Positions 11,206-22,511 are shown, counted from the first letter of the stretch. The stretch: DNA of 64,000 nt from Myxococcota bacterium (GCA_965223415.1 OZ245002.1:4064001-4128000), one strand, 5' to 3'. Program-made: numbers and translations. The notes: generated by a model from the sequence alone, not told the origin.

Positions 11206-12057
11206 TCATGTGGCGGGGGCATGGGCGCGGGCTTGGGTTCGGTTGGGATGGGGGCGCGTTCGGGTTGTTTCGCGGCTTCCTTCTCTCCTGCGGGGCGGGC
11301 GGGTGTCCCGGCCAGCGGGGGGCGCGGTGCCTTGGCCGGCCCTGCTTCGAGAGGGAGACCGGCTAGGACGCGGGATCTCGGCTGGATCGAAGGCTGGCCC
11401 TGCCTTTCGCCAGCCCGTACCGAGGAGCCACGTGTGGGGGTCGGCGATGGCCCGGAGGTGGCCTCCTAGCCTGTTTCGTGCCTCCGCGACGAGAGCGCGA
11501 TTCCGGGCGGTGTGCTTCCACCCCTCGAACCAGCGCCCCGAGGAGGCCGGATCGATCCGCACGGCGGCGTCCCGCCGCCGTGCGTGCTTCCGCCCGTTCA
11601 GGAGCACGTAGCGGAGCGCGTTCCGCACCTGGGTCGGGGTCTTCAGCACGACGTGGTGATACCGGTCCTTCAGGACCGGCCCCGTCCGCGAGAACACCCG
11701 GTTCACCGCTCGGGCCAGTCTCGCACCCAGCGACTTCATCCCCCGCCCGAGCGCGTCGAACCCATGCGCCTCCACGATCAGGTGGACGTGGTCCCCCTGG
11801 ATCGAGTAGTGCACGAGCCGGAAGTCCCCCCGGTCGCAGGCCTTCGCGAAGGAGCGCTCGACCTCGTGCACGAGCTTCGCACGGCGAAGGGAAGGCACGT
11901 CGTCCCGCACCTTGAGCGTGACGTGACAGGGATAGCGGGAGGCCAGCTTCCCGCGCCGTAGGTGAGGCACGTTCGGGTTCGGCCCCGGCTTCCGCCCGGC
12001 CCGTTCTCGCTTCCCGCCCCAGGTGGGCAACGAAAGCTGCTTCGGTTCCCTACGCAT
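11206..12057 (-). CDS. HUH/Y1 tyrosine transposase, REP-associated (RAYT/TnpA-REP-like)
   Basis: HVTL, HYSIQGDHVHLIVEA (HUH), RLARAVN, DRYH and RNALRYVLLN (catalytic Tyr). The tail after ...AEIPRP looks spurious, so the true end may be near 11363. Confidence 0.85.
   Translation of the reverse strand: MRREPKQLSLPTWGGKRERAGRKPGPNPNVPHLRRGKLASRYPCHVTLKVRDDVPSLRRAKLVHEVERSFAKACDRGDFRLVHYSIQGDHVHLIVEAHGFDALGRGMKSLGARLARAVNRVFSRTGPVLKDRYHHVVLKTPTQVRNALRYVLLNGRKHARRRDAAVRIDPASSGRWFEGWKHTARNRALVAEARNRLGGHLRAIADPHTWLLGTGWRKAGPAFDPAEIPRPSRSPSRSRAGQGTAPPAGRDTRPPRRREGSRETTRTRPHPNRTQARAHAPAT
11250..11338 (-). repeat. Left arm of the ~85-bp degenerate inverted repeat flanking the RAYT gene
   Basis: The reverse complement of 11319-11338 is CGGCCAAGGCACCGCGCCCC, identical to 12125-12144. 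Similarity continues outward. Confidence 0.8.
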
Positions 12058-12124
12058 GACAGTGTTGAATCTAGCGATGTATTTTCGATGTCAACCCCAA
12101 GCCGGCAAACATGACGAGCAACCA

Positions 12125-12211
12125 CGGCCAAGGCACCGCGCCCCGACTGGCCGCGATGCTTCCGCGTCGCGTAGGAAAGGAGGACGCCACAGTCCATCCC
12201 AATGCGCCCCC
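12125..12211 (+). repeat. Right arm of the RAYT-flanking inverted repeat, with CGGCCA...TGGCCG hairpin
   Basis: The 20-bp core matches the left arm exactly. An internal stem forms between 12125-12130 and 12148-12153. Confidence 0.8.
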
Positions 12212-12223
12212 CCCCCCCCCCCC
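12207..12223. repeat. C17 homopolymer tract
   Basis: 17 consecutive C between the znuB-like stop and the RAYT promoter region. Confidence 0.9.
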
Positions 12224-12256
12224 GTCTCCGCGGCGTCTCGGGAAGCCGCCTCCGGA

Positions 12257-13066
12257 TCAGGGCCGGAGAGCGCCGCCGCTCCCGCGGCGACGAACCAACG
12301 AGACGAGGAACAGCGCCACCGTGACGAGCGCGATCGTCGCACCCGCGGCCAGGTCGAGCTGGTAGGCGAGGGCGAGGCCGGCCAGGCCGGAGGCGGCGCC
12401 GAGGACCATCGACGTCGCGAGCTGTCCCCGGAAGTCCGCGGACCAGAGCGCCGCGGTGGCCGCCGGCACGACCAGCAGCGCCTCGATCAGGAGCACGCCG
12501 ACCAGGCGCACGCCGAGGATCACCGTCACCGCCAGGAGCACCAGCAGCAGCGTCTCGAGCCGGGCCACCGGATGGCCGTAGGCTCCGGCGATCTCGTCGT
12601 CGAAGGCGACGAACAGGTGCTCGCGGAAGGTGAGGGCGAGGGTCGCGAGGACCGCTACGCCGAGGACACCCAGCACCGCCAGCTCGGCGCCGCTGATCGC
12701 GAGCACGTTCCCGAACAGGAAGCCGAACAGATCCTGCTGGGCGCCGCGCCGCAGGCTCACCAGGGCCAGGCCCAGGGCCATGGCGCCGGTGAAGAAGACG
12801 CCGATCACCGTGTCCTGGGAAAGTGCGCTGCGACGGCGCGTCCAGGCGATCGCCACGGCCGTGGCCACGGCGAACACGGCGCCGCTCCACAGCGGGCTCA
12901 CGCCCACGAGCAGGCCGATGGCGATTCCGCCGATCGCCGCGTGGGAGATGCCGACGCCGGCGAAGGCCAGGCCACGCAGCACGACGAAGAACCCGAGCCC
13001 ACCGCACACCAGGCCCACGCCGACGGCGGCGGCGAGGGCTCTCTGCATGAAGGCCAGCTCGAGCAC
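12257..13066 (-). CDS. znuB: Zn/Mn ABC transporter permease (ZnuB-like)
   Basis: FMQRAL, ISHAAIGG, FLFGNVLA, VGVLLIEALLVVPA; in an operon with the ATPase and the binding protein. Confidence 0.88.
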   Translation of the reverse strand: MLELAFMQRALAAAVGVGLVCGGLGFFVVLRGLAFAGVGISHAAIGGIAIGLLVGVSPLWSGAVFAVATAVAIAWTRRRSALSQDTVIGVFFTGAMALGLALVSLRRGAQQDLFGFLFGNVLAISGAELAVLGVLGVAVLATLALTFREHLFVAFDDEIAGAYGHPVARLETLLLVLLAVTVILGVRLVGVLLIEALLVVPAATAALWSADFRGQLATSMVLGAASGLAGLALAYQLDLAAGATIALVTVALFLVSLVRRRGSGGALRP

Positions 13067-13072
13067 GCTCCT

Positions 13073-13849
13073 TCAGTGCCCCGGCCCGTGGCGCCCGTGG
13101 TGGTCGAGCTCCGCCCGCAGGAAGTCGAACTCGCAGGCGTAGGCCTCCTTCAGCGCGTGGCTGTGCACGACTTCCTCCGGGTGGCCGTGGACGTGCATGC
13201 GGCGGTTGATGCACAGCAGGCGATCCGCCTCGCCGGCCAGGGCGACGAGATCGTGAGAGACGGCGATCACCGCCAGGCCGAGGTCCCGTTGCAGGCGCCG
13301 GCACAGTCGGTAGAAGGCCTGCTCCGCCGGCAGGTCGAGGCCGACCGTGGGCTCGTCGAGGATCAGGAGTCGGGTGCTGGCGCAGAGCGCCTGGGCGAGC
13401 ACCGCGCGCCGCTGCTCGCCGCCGGAGAGGCGGCCGATGGGCCGTTCCGCCAGCTCCGCGATGCCGACCCGCGCCAGGCTCTCCGCGACGGCCTCGCGAT
13501 CGGCGGCGGTGGGTCGGAGCCGCTGCCACAGGCCGCGGCGGCCCATGCGTCCCATGGCCACGACGTCGCGCACCCGGGCGGGGAAGTCGGCGGGCACGGC
13601 GCTGCGCTGGGGCACGTAGCCGATGCCCTCCTCCCGGCGACGGCCCGGCGGGTGGCCGAGCACGAGCACCCGGCCGGCGTCCGGCTCGATGAGGCCGAGC
13701 AGCGTCTTCAGGAGCGTGGTCTTGCCGGCGCCGTTGGGGCCGCAGATGCCCGCGAACTCCCCGGGCGCCACCTCGAAGGCGATGTCCTCGAGCACGGGAT
13801 GGCCGCCGCGACTCACCCGGAGCTCCTCGACGTGGACGACGGCGTTCAT
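13073..13849 (-). CDS. znuC: Zn/Mn ABC transporter ATPase (ZnuC-like)
   Basis: GPNGAGKTT, IGYVPQ, LSGGEQRR, LDEPT, SHDL and a His-rich C-terminus. Confidence 0.9.
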   Translation of the reverse strand: MNAVVHVEELRVSRGGHPVLEDIAFEVAPGEFAGICGPNGAGKTTLLKTLLGLIEPDAGRVLVLGHPPGRRREEGIGYVPQRSAVPADFPARVRDVVAMGRMGRRGLWQRLRPTAADREAVAESLARVGIAELAERPIGRLSGGEQRRAVLAQALCASTRLLILDEPTVGLDLPAEQAFYRLCRRLQRDLGLAVIAVSHDLVALAGEADRLLCINRRMHVHGHPEEVVHSHALKEAYACEFDFLRAELDHHGRHGPGH

Positions 13850-14685
13850 CGGGGCTCTCCCAGGGCGCGGCGGAAGGCCGCCGCGTTGAAGCGAAGCAGC
13901 GCTTCATAGCTCGCGCGGGCCGGATCCGCCGGATCGCCGAGGGGATCCACCAGCTCGGTACCGGCTTCGAGCTCCGCAGCGATCGCGCGGGCGAGGCGGG
14001 GAGGGAGCCCTGGCTCCACCAGGACGGCCCGCACGCCCGCCGCCCGCGCCTCGCGCACGACATGCGCGAGAGTCCGCGGGCCCGCCTCCCCGCCGTCCGC
14101 GTGACGGAGCACGCCCACGGCTTCGAGGCCGTAGCGGGCGGCGAAGGCGCCCCAGCCGTCATGGGCCGCGACGTAGCGCGTGCCCGCGCCGGACAGGTCG
14201 GCGCGCAGCGCACGATCGAGGGCGGTGAGCCGCTTCTGGAACGCGGTCAGGCCGTCGGCATACGCCGATCGGTGTAGGGAGTCCCGGGCGACCAAGGCCT
14301 CGGTCAGCCGCGGCGCCAGCTCGTCGCGCACCGCCAGCGGGTCGAGCCATGCATGGGTTCGTGCCCCGGGGCCCCGAGACAAGACGACCCGGCGCTCCGG
14401 CCCCCGCGAAGCCGCGAGCCGCTCGGCCCAGGCGTCGCTGCCGTCGCCGGCGGACACGAACAGGCACGCGGTCTCCACCCGGGCCACGTCCGACGGCCGC
14501 GGCTCGAAGGCGTGGGGGCTCGCTCCGGGCGGGACCAGTGCGAACGCCTCCACGCGCTCGCCGCCGATCTCTTCCGTCATCCACGCCAGTGGCAGCAGGG
14601 TGGCCGCGACCGTGCCGCACGCCCCCGCAGCGGCGGGGAGCAGGCCGGCGAGCAGCCCGAGCACGAGAGCCAGCCGGCGCGCCAT
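13846..14685 (-). CDS. znuA: Zn/Mn ABC substrate-binding protein (ZnuA/cluster A-I)
   Basis: Signal peptide MARRLALVLGLL, plus GASPHAFEP, HAWLDP, AAHDGW and VDPLG. ATG 14685 overlaps the CDF stop. Confidence 0.85.
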   Translation of the reverse strand: MARRLALVLGLLAGLLPAAAGACGTVAATLLPLAWMTEEIGGERVEAFALVPPGASPHAFEPRPSDVARVETACLFVSAGDGSDAWAERLAASRGPERRVVLSRGPGARTHAWLDPLAVRDELAPRLTEALVARDSLHRSAYADGLTAFQKRLTALDRALRADLSGAGTRYVAAHDGWGAFAARYGLEAVGVLRHADGGEAGPRTLAHVVREARAAGVRAVLVEPGLPPRLARAIAAELEAGTELVDPLGDPADPARASYEALLRFNAAAFRRALGEPR

Positions 14686-15611
14686 CAGCAGACCTCGACC
14701 GATTCCTCGAAGTCCTCGGGCTCGATCTGGATCGTCACGTGCTCGATGGCGAAGCGCTCGCGCAGGAGGTTCTGGAGCTCGCCCAGGAGCCGCGCCGGCG
14801 GATCGCCGTCGCAGCAGGTGACGTGGCAGGAGAGCGACACCATGCCGCTGGTGATGGTCCAGACGTGCAGGTCGTGCACCGAGTGCACGCCTTCGGCCCG
14901 GCCGAGCACCTGGCCGATCTCGTCCACGTCCAGATGCGGCGGCGCGGACTCGAGCAGCACGTCGACCGTCTCCCTCAGCAGGGTCCACGCCGAGGCGAGC
15001 ACGAGCACGGCGATCAGCGCCGAGGCGATCGGGTCCGCCAGGGTCCAGCCGAAGAGCCAGACGCAGGCTCCCGCCGCCATGGCGCCGATGCTGCCCAGCG
15101 CGTCGCTCAGCAGGTGGAGCCAGGCGCCGCGCAGGTTGAGGCTGTCTGAACGGCCGCCGTGGAGCAGGACGAGCCCCACCACGTTCACCCCCAGGCCGCC
15201 GGTGGCGATGGCGAGCATCGGCAGCCCCAGCACGTCCGGCGGCGCGGCGCTCCGCTCCCAGGCCTCGACCAGGATGAAGACCGCGACCACGACCAGCGCG
15301 GTGCCGTTCGCGAGCGCCGCCAGGATCTCCATGCGCCGATAGCCGAAAGTGCGCGCGACCGGCGCGGGGCGCAGGGCGAGCCACAGGGCGAAGAGCGAGA
15401 GGCTCAGGGCCGCCACGTCCGACAGCATGTGACCCGCGTCGGCCAGGAGTGCCAGGGAGCCGGTCCACAGGCCGCCCACCACTTCCGCGACCATGTAGGT
15501 CGCGGCTAGTCCGAGGGTCCACGCCAGGCGCCGCCTCTGCTCCCGCCGGGAGAGCCCGGCGGGCGGCCCGTGGCCGTGCCCGTCGCCCGGCCCCTGTGCG
15601 TGGTCGTGCAT
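14685..15611 (-). CDS. Cation diffusion facilitator (CzcD/ZitB-like)
   Basis: His-rich N-terminus, SLALLADAGHMLSD, TFGYRRMEILAAL, HLLSDALGS, VHDLHVW and HVTIQIE. Start is ATG 15611 or GTG 15617. Confidence 0.92.
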   Translation of the reverse strand: MHDHAQGPGDGHGHGPPAGLSRREQRRRLAWTLGLAATYMVAEVVGGLWTGSLALLADAGHMLSDVAALSLSLFALWLALRPAPVARTFGYRRMEILAALANGTALVVVAVFILVEAWERSAAPPDVLGLPMLAIATGGLGVNVVGLVLLHGGRSDSLNLRGAWLHLLSDALGSIGAMAAGACVWLFGWTLADPIASALIAVLVLASAWTLLRETVDVLLESAPPHLDVDEIGQVLGRAEGVHSVHDLHVWTITSGMVSLSCHVTCCDGDPPARLLGELQNLLRERFAIEHVTIQIEPEDFEESVEVC

Positions 15612-15654
15612 GGGCACATGCTACCTTCCGCCGCCCTCGCTGCCCGGAGACTCC

Positions 15655-16425
15655 ATGGCCGACTTCGAGATCCACACCGTCCTCTGCCTCACCGACAACT
15701 ACGCCGTGCTCCTGCACGACGCGGAAGCCGGCGTGACCGCCGTCGTCGACACGCCGGAGGTCGCACCGATCGAGGCCGCCCTTGCGGAGAAGGGCTGGCG
15801 GCTCACCCACATCCTGAACACCCACTGGCACCCGGACCACACAGGCGGGAACCTGGAGCTCCAGGAGAAGACCGGGGCTCACATCATCGGGCCGCGGAAC
15901 GAGCAGGAGAAGATTCCCGGCATCCAGACCGCCGTGGGGCAGGGCGACAGCTTCGACCTGGGCGGCCACGAGGTCCGCGTGCTCGACGTGCCCGGCCACA
16001 CCGCGGGCGCGGTCAACTACTTCTTCCCGGACGACAAGCTGGTCTTCACCGGCGATACGCTCTTCGCCATGGGCTGCGGCCGGCTCTTCGAAGGGACGCC
16101 CGAGACGATGTGGGGATCGCTCCAGAAGCTGATGGCGCTGCCGAAGGACACGCGGGTCTACTTCGGCCACGAGTACACCGAGTCCAACGCCACCTTCGCC
16201 CTCTCCGTGGACCCGGACAACCCGGACCTGCGCGCCCGCGCCCAGCAGGTGGAGGAGACCCGGGCCGCCGGGCAGGCGACGATCCCGAGCACGATCGATC
16301 TCGAGCTGCGCACCAACCCGTTCCTGCGCGCGGAAGATCCCGGCCTCCAGAAGACCGTCGACCTGGTCGGTGCGAATCCGATCGCGGTGTTTGCGGAAAC
16401 CCGGCTACGTAAGGATAACTCCTGA
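15655..16425 (+). CDS. gloB: Hydroxyacylglutathione hydrolase (glyoxalase II)
   Basis: DNYA, THWHPDHTGG, PGHT, FTGDTLF..GCGRLFEG, GHEYT and TNPFLR. Confidence 0.92.
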   Translation: MADFEIHTVLCLTDNYAVLLHDAEAGVTAVVDTPEVAPIEAALAEKGWRLTHILNTHWHPDHTGGNLELQEKTGAHIIGPRNEQEKIPGIQTAVGQGDSFDLGGHEVRVLDVPGHTAGAVNYFFPDDKLVFTGDTLFAMGCGRLFEGTPETMWGSLQKLMALPKDTRVYFGHEYTESNATFALSVDPDNPDLRARAQQVEETRAAGQATIPSTIDLELRTNPFLRAEDPGLQKTVDLVGANPIAVFAETRLRKDNS

Positions 16426-16430
16426 CGCTC

Positions 16431-16727
16431 ATGGATCGCGGCTGCGCCATCGCCACGGCGGCCCTCGTCGCCCTCGCCCTGCTCCTCGGAGCAGCGCACG
16501 TCCACGAGGTCGTCGTCGGCGATGCACCGGCGATCGCCGTCGCCGAGCATGACGCGGCGCCGGGGCCGTGCCTGGCCTGTGGGGCGTCCGCCCCTGCGTC
16601 GGGCCCCGTTCTCCTGACGGCGTCGCTTGCCGACAGGCACCTGCTCGTTCGGCCCCCGAGCGCCGTCCTTCCCGCGACCCTCCACTTCGAGGACCACCCC
16701 ACGCGGGCACCTCCCGCCTTCGTCTGA
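16431..16727 (+). CDS. DUF2946/CruR-like leader protein (hydrophobic N-terminus, HxH, CxxC, C-terminal RAPP)
   Basis: 98 aa reading AALVALALLLGAAHVHE...CLAC...HPTRAPPAFV*, immediately upstream of a TonB-dependent receptor. Confidence 0.7.
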   Translation: MDRGCAIATAALVALALLLGAAHVHEVVVGDAPAIAVAEHDAAPGPCLACGASAPASGPVLLTASLADRHLLVRPPSAVLPATLHFEDHPTRAPPAFV

Positions 16728-16758
16728 CGCTTCCCTCCGTTCTCTCGACCACCCGAGT

Positions 16759-16782
16759 GCCGGCCCGCCCGGCCGGCGGAGA
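16759..16782 (+). promoter_or_regulatory. GC hairpin abutting the receptor ribosome-binding site
   Basis: GCCGGCC (16759-65) pairs with GGCCGGC (16771-77), followed directly by GGAGA (16778-82) and ATG 16789. Confidence 0.45.
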
Positions 16783-16788
16783 TGCCTC

Positions 16789-18840
16789 ATGCGAATGCGA
16801 CGCCGCGTCGGCGCACGCCCGTTCGTGCTCGTTTCCCTGTTCGTCCTGTCCCTTCCGACCGCCCCGTGGGCCGATGAGCCCGATACCGACGGTCACCACC
16901 GCCACGAAGGCGGTGCTCTCGACGAGATCGTGGTGACGATCTCCGGCCACGAGAAGAGCCGCTTCGACGTCATCCACGGCACCAACGTCCTCGACGGCGA
17001 CGACCTGCGCCGCCAGCTGGAGGCCGGCATCGGCGACACCCTCTCGCGCCAGACCGGCGTGTCCTCGACCGGCTTCGCGCCGGGAGCGAGCCGGCCGGTG
17101 ATCCGCGGCCTCGGCGGCCCGCGAGTGCGCGTGCTCCAGAACGGCGTCGGCACTGTCGACGCGTCGACCACCAGCGAGGATCACGCGGTGGCGAGCGAGC
17201 CGCTCCTGGCCGAGCGCATCGAGGTGCTGCGCGGTGCCGGGACCCTGCGCTACGGCAGCAGCGCGGTCGGCGGCGTGGTGAACGTGATCGACGGGCGCGT
17301 GCCGAGCCGTGTGCCGGAGAACGGGATGGAGGCGGTCGTCGAAGGCGGCTACGGAAGCGCGGCGGACGAGCGGCGCGCGGCCGGCGCGGCCAACGCCGCA
17401 GTGCCGCTGGGCCCGGGCCACCTCGTCATCCACGGCGACGGCTTCATCCGCCGCACCCACGATCTCGAGGTGCCGGGCGGGCGCGTGGAGAACTCGGCGG
17501 TCGAGAGCCACGGGGGGAGCGGCGGGCTCTCCTTCGTCGGCGACGATGGCTTCCTGGGTGTGTCCTTCTCCCGGGGCGAAACGGTCTACGGCGTCCCGCT
17601 CGGAGAGGAAGAGGACGAAGAGGGCCACCACGAGGAGGAGGAACACGGCGACGAGGAGCACGGGCACGAGAACGTCCAGATCGACGGGCGCCAGAACCGC
17701 TTCGACCTGGCGAGCGAGCTGCGTCGCGATTTCGGTCCCTTCGCTGCCGTGGCGGGCCGAGCGGTCTGGGCCGACTACCAGCACACCGAGCTCGAGGGCG
17801 GCGAGCGCGGCACCGTGTTCGAGAACCGCGGCCTCGAGGGTCGGCTCGAGCTGATCCAGCAGCCCTTCGGCGCGCTCGACGGCGTGGTCGGCTTCCAGTT
17901 CCTGACCCGCGACTTCGAGGCGATCGGCGAAGAGGCCTTCGTGCCCCAGACCGACACCTTGCAGTGGGGGCTCTTCGCCGTCGAGGAGCTGCACCTGGAT
18001 CCCTTCACGATCGAGGGTGGGCTGCGCCTCGAGCGCACCGAGTACGATCCGAGCAGGGGGTTCGGCGACGCGAGCTTCACCGGCGTGAGCGCGTCGCTCG
18101 GCGCCGCCTGGGAGCCGACCGAGGAGTGGATCCTGGGCGCCTCGCTCTCGCGCACCGAGCGCGCACCGTCGGTGGAGGAGCTCTTCTCGGACGGGCCGCA
18201 CCTAGCGACGGGGGGCTTCGAGATCGGGGATGCCGACCTGGATGAGGAGGTCGCCTGGAGCCTCGAGCTGACGACGAGGCGCCGGCTCGGTCGGCTGACC
18301 GGGGGGCTCAACCTGTTCTACACGCGCTTCGAGGACTTCATCTTCCAGCAGGAGGCGGGCGGGATCGAGGACGGCCTGCCCATCCGCCTCTACGTCCAGC
18401 GCGACGCCATGTTTCACGGCGCGGAGCTCGACATCGCCTACGAGCTGTTCGAGACCGACGCCTGGACCGGCATCCTCGACCTGGGCGCCGACTACGTCCG
18501 CGGCCGCGAGCACAACGGGAGCGATCTCCCGCGCATCCCCCCGATCCGCGTGCGTGTCGGCGCCGAGGCGCGCAGCACCTGGGTCGACGGGCGCATCGAG
18601 GTGCTGTGGGTCGATGACCAGAGTCGGGTCGCCGACGGCGAGGCGCCGACCGACGACCACACCCTGCTGAACGCGAGCCTCAGCTTCCGCCCGATGCCGG
18701 AGAAGCGCCCCGACCTCTCCATCCTGCTGCAGGGCCGCAACCTCACCGACGAGAAGGCTCGCAACCACGTCTCCTTCCTGAAGGACCAGCTGCCGCTCGC
18801 CGGGCGCGACGTCCGCGTTTCGGTGCGGCTCGCCTTCTAG
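16789..18840 (+). CDS. TonB-dependent receptor, ZnuD-like with a His/Glu-rich loop
   Basis: TonB box LDEIVVT, plug motifs ASRPVIRGLGGPRV and RIEVLRGAGTLRYGSSAVGGVVN, loop EEGHHEEEEHGDEEHGHE, ELFSDGPHLAT, and C-terminal Phe. Confidence 0.92.
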   Translation: MRMRRRVGARPFVLVSLFVLSLPTAPWADEPDTDGHHRHEGGALDEIVVTISGHEKSRFDVIHGTNVLDGDDLRRQLEAGIGDTLSRQTGVSSTGFAPGASRPVIRGLGGPRVRVLQNGVGTVDASTTSEDHAVASEPLLAERIEVLRGAGTLRYGSSAVGGVVNVIDGRVPSRVPENGMEAVVEGGYGSAADERRAAGAANAAVPLGPGHLVIHGDGFIRRTHDLEVPGGRVENSAVESHGGSGGLSFVGDDGFLGVSFSRGETVYGVPLGEEEDEEGHHEEEEHGDEEHGHENVQIDGRQNRFDLASELRRDFGPFAAVAGRAVWADYQHTELEGGERGTVFENRGLEGRLELIQQPFGALDGVVGFQFLTRDFEAIGEEAFVPQTDTLQWGLFAVEELHLDPFTIEGGLRLERTEYDPSRGFGDASFTGVSASLGAAWEPTEEWILGASLSRTERAPSVEELFSDGPHLATGGFEIGDADLDEEVAWSLELTTRRRLGRLTGGLNLFYTRFEDFIFQQEAGGIEDGLPIRLYVQRDAMFHGAELDIAYELFETDAWTGILDLGADYVRGREHNGSDLPRIPPIRVRVGAEARSTWVDGRIEVLWVDDQSRVADGEAPTDDHTLLNASLSFRPMPEKRPDLSILLQGRNLTDEKARNHVSFLKDQLPLAGRDVRVSVRLAF

Positions 18841-18942
18841 TTCCGTCCGATTCGATCCAGCAGGCCGGAGACGTCCGCGGCCCAGCGCTCCCCATCGGAG
18901 AGCACCATGAGCTGATGCTCCGCACGCGCGCTCACGGCCGCC

Positions 18943-20607
<1,665 letters not shown>

Positions 20608-20698
20608 GAGGCGGCCACCCTAGCAACGTTGGCCCCCGGGGGCCCGGATTGCCTAGACTCCTTGCCTCTCGCCCCTCGCGCCCCCGAGGACGTCCTCC

Positions 20699-21519
20699 AT
20701 GAGCTCGAATCCGCGCCTTCCCGGCGATCCGCTGTGGCACGCCATCCGCGAGGACGCGGCCCGCGAAGCCGAGCGCGAGGCGGTGCTGGCGAGCTACCTG
20801 CACGCCACGATCCTGGTCCACGACAGCCTGGAATCCGCCGTCGCCTACCACCTGGCCGGAAAGCTGGACGGGCCGACGGTCAAGGCGATGACGCTTCGCG
20901 AGGTGTTCGACGAGGCCTTCGCGAAGAGCGACGACATCGGCGCCGCCCTGCGTGCGGACCTGGCCGCCGTGCGCGACCGGGATCCGGCCTGCGGCGGGGC
21001 GCTGACGCCGCTGCTCTACTTCAAGGGCTTCCACGCCCTGGCCTCCTACCGCATCGCCCACTGGCTGTGGGGCGAGGGCCGGCGCTCCCTGGCGCTCTTC
21101 TTCCAGAGCCGGATCTCCCAGCTCTTCGACGTGGACATCCACCCGGCGGCGCGGGTCGGCCACGGCGTCTTCATCGATCACGGCACCGGCGTCGTGATCG
21201 GCGAGACCGCCGTAGTGGGCAACGACGTGTCGATGCTGCAGGGCGTGACCCTGGGGGGCACCGGTAAGGAGCAGGGCGACCGGCACCCGAAGGTGCACGA
21301 CGCGGTGCTGATCGGCGCCGGGGCGAAGGTGCTCGGCAACGTGCACATCGGCCACGGCGCCAAGATCGGCGCCGGCAGCGTGGTGCTGATGGACGTGCCT
21401 CCCTACTGCACCGCCGCCGGCGTGCCCGCCACCCTGCACGGCGATTGCGCCGAGGCCGCGAGCTTCACCATGGACCACCGGCTCCAGCCGAGCCTTCCCT
21501 TCGACGGAGAGCCGGACGA

Positions 21520-21523
<4 letters not shown>
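20699..21523 (+). CDS. cysE: Serine O-acetyltransferase
   Basis: RDPAC, YFKGFHAL, VDIHPAA, IDHGTGVVIGETA and TLGGTGK...RHPK. Confidence 0.95.
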
Positions 21524-22497
<974 letters not shown>

Positions 22498-22511
22498 GCG
22501 CACCAGGGCGT

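Noticed and set aside
11085..11250. Possible ncRNA (e.g. an omega-RNA-like guide) beside the Y1 transposase
   Set aside because: There is no TnpB/IscB gene nearby, and only short GC stems are present.
15612..15654. Zur/Fur box in the CDF-gloB divergent gap
   Set aside because: The region is short and GC-rich, with no AT-rich inverted repeat.
18837..18935. 32-aa minus-strand ORF (MSARAEHQLMVLSDGERWAADVSGLLDRIGRN) after gpmI
   Set aside because: It is too short and has no recognisable motif. It could be a gene remnant but cannot be supported.
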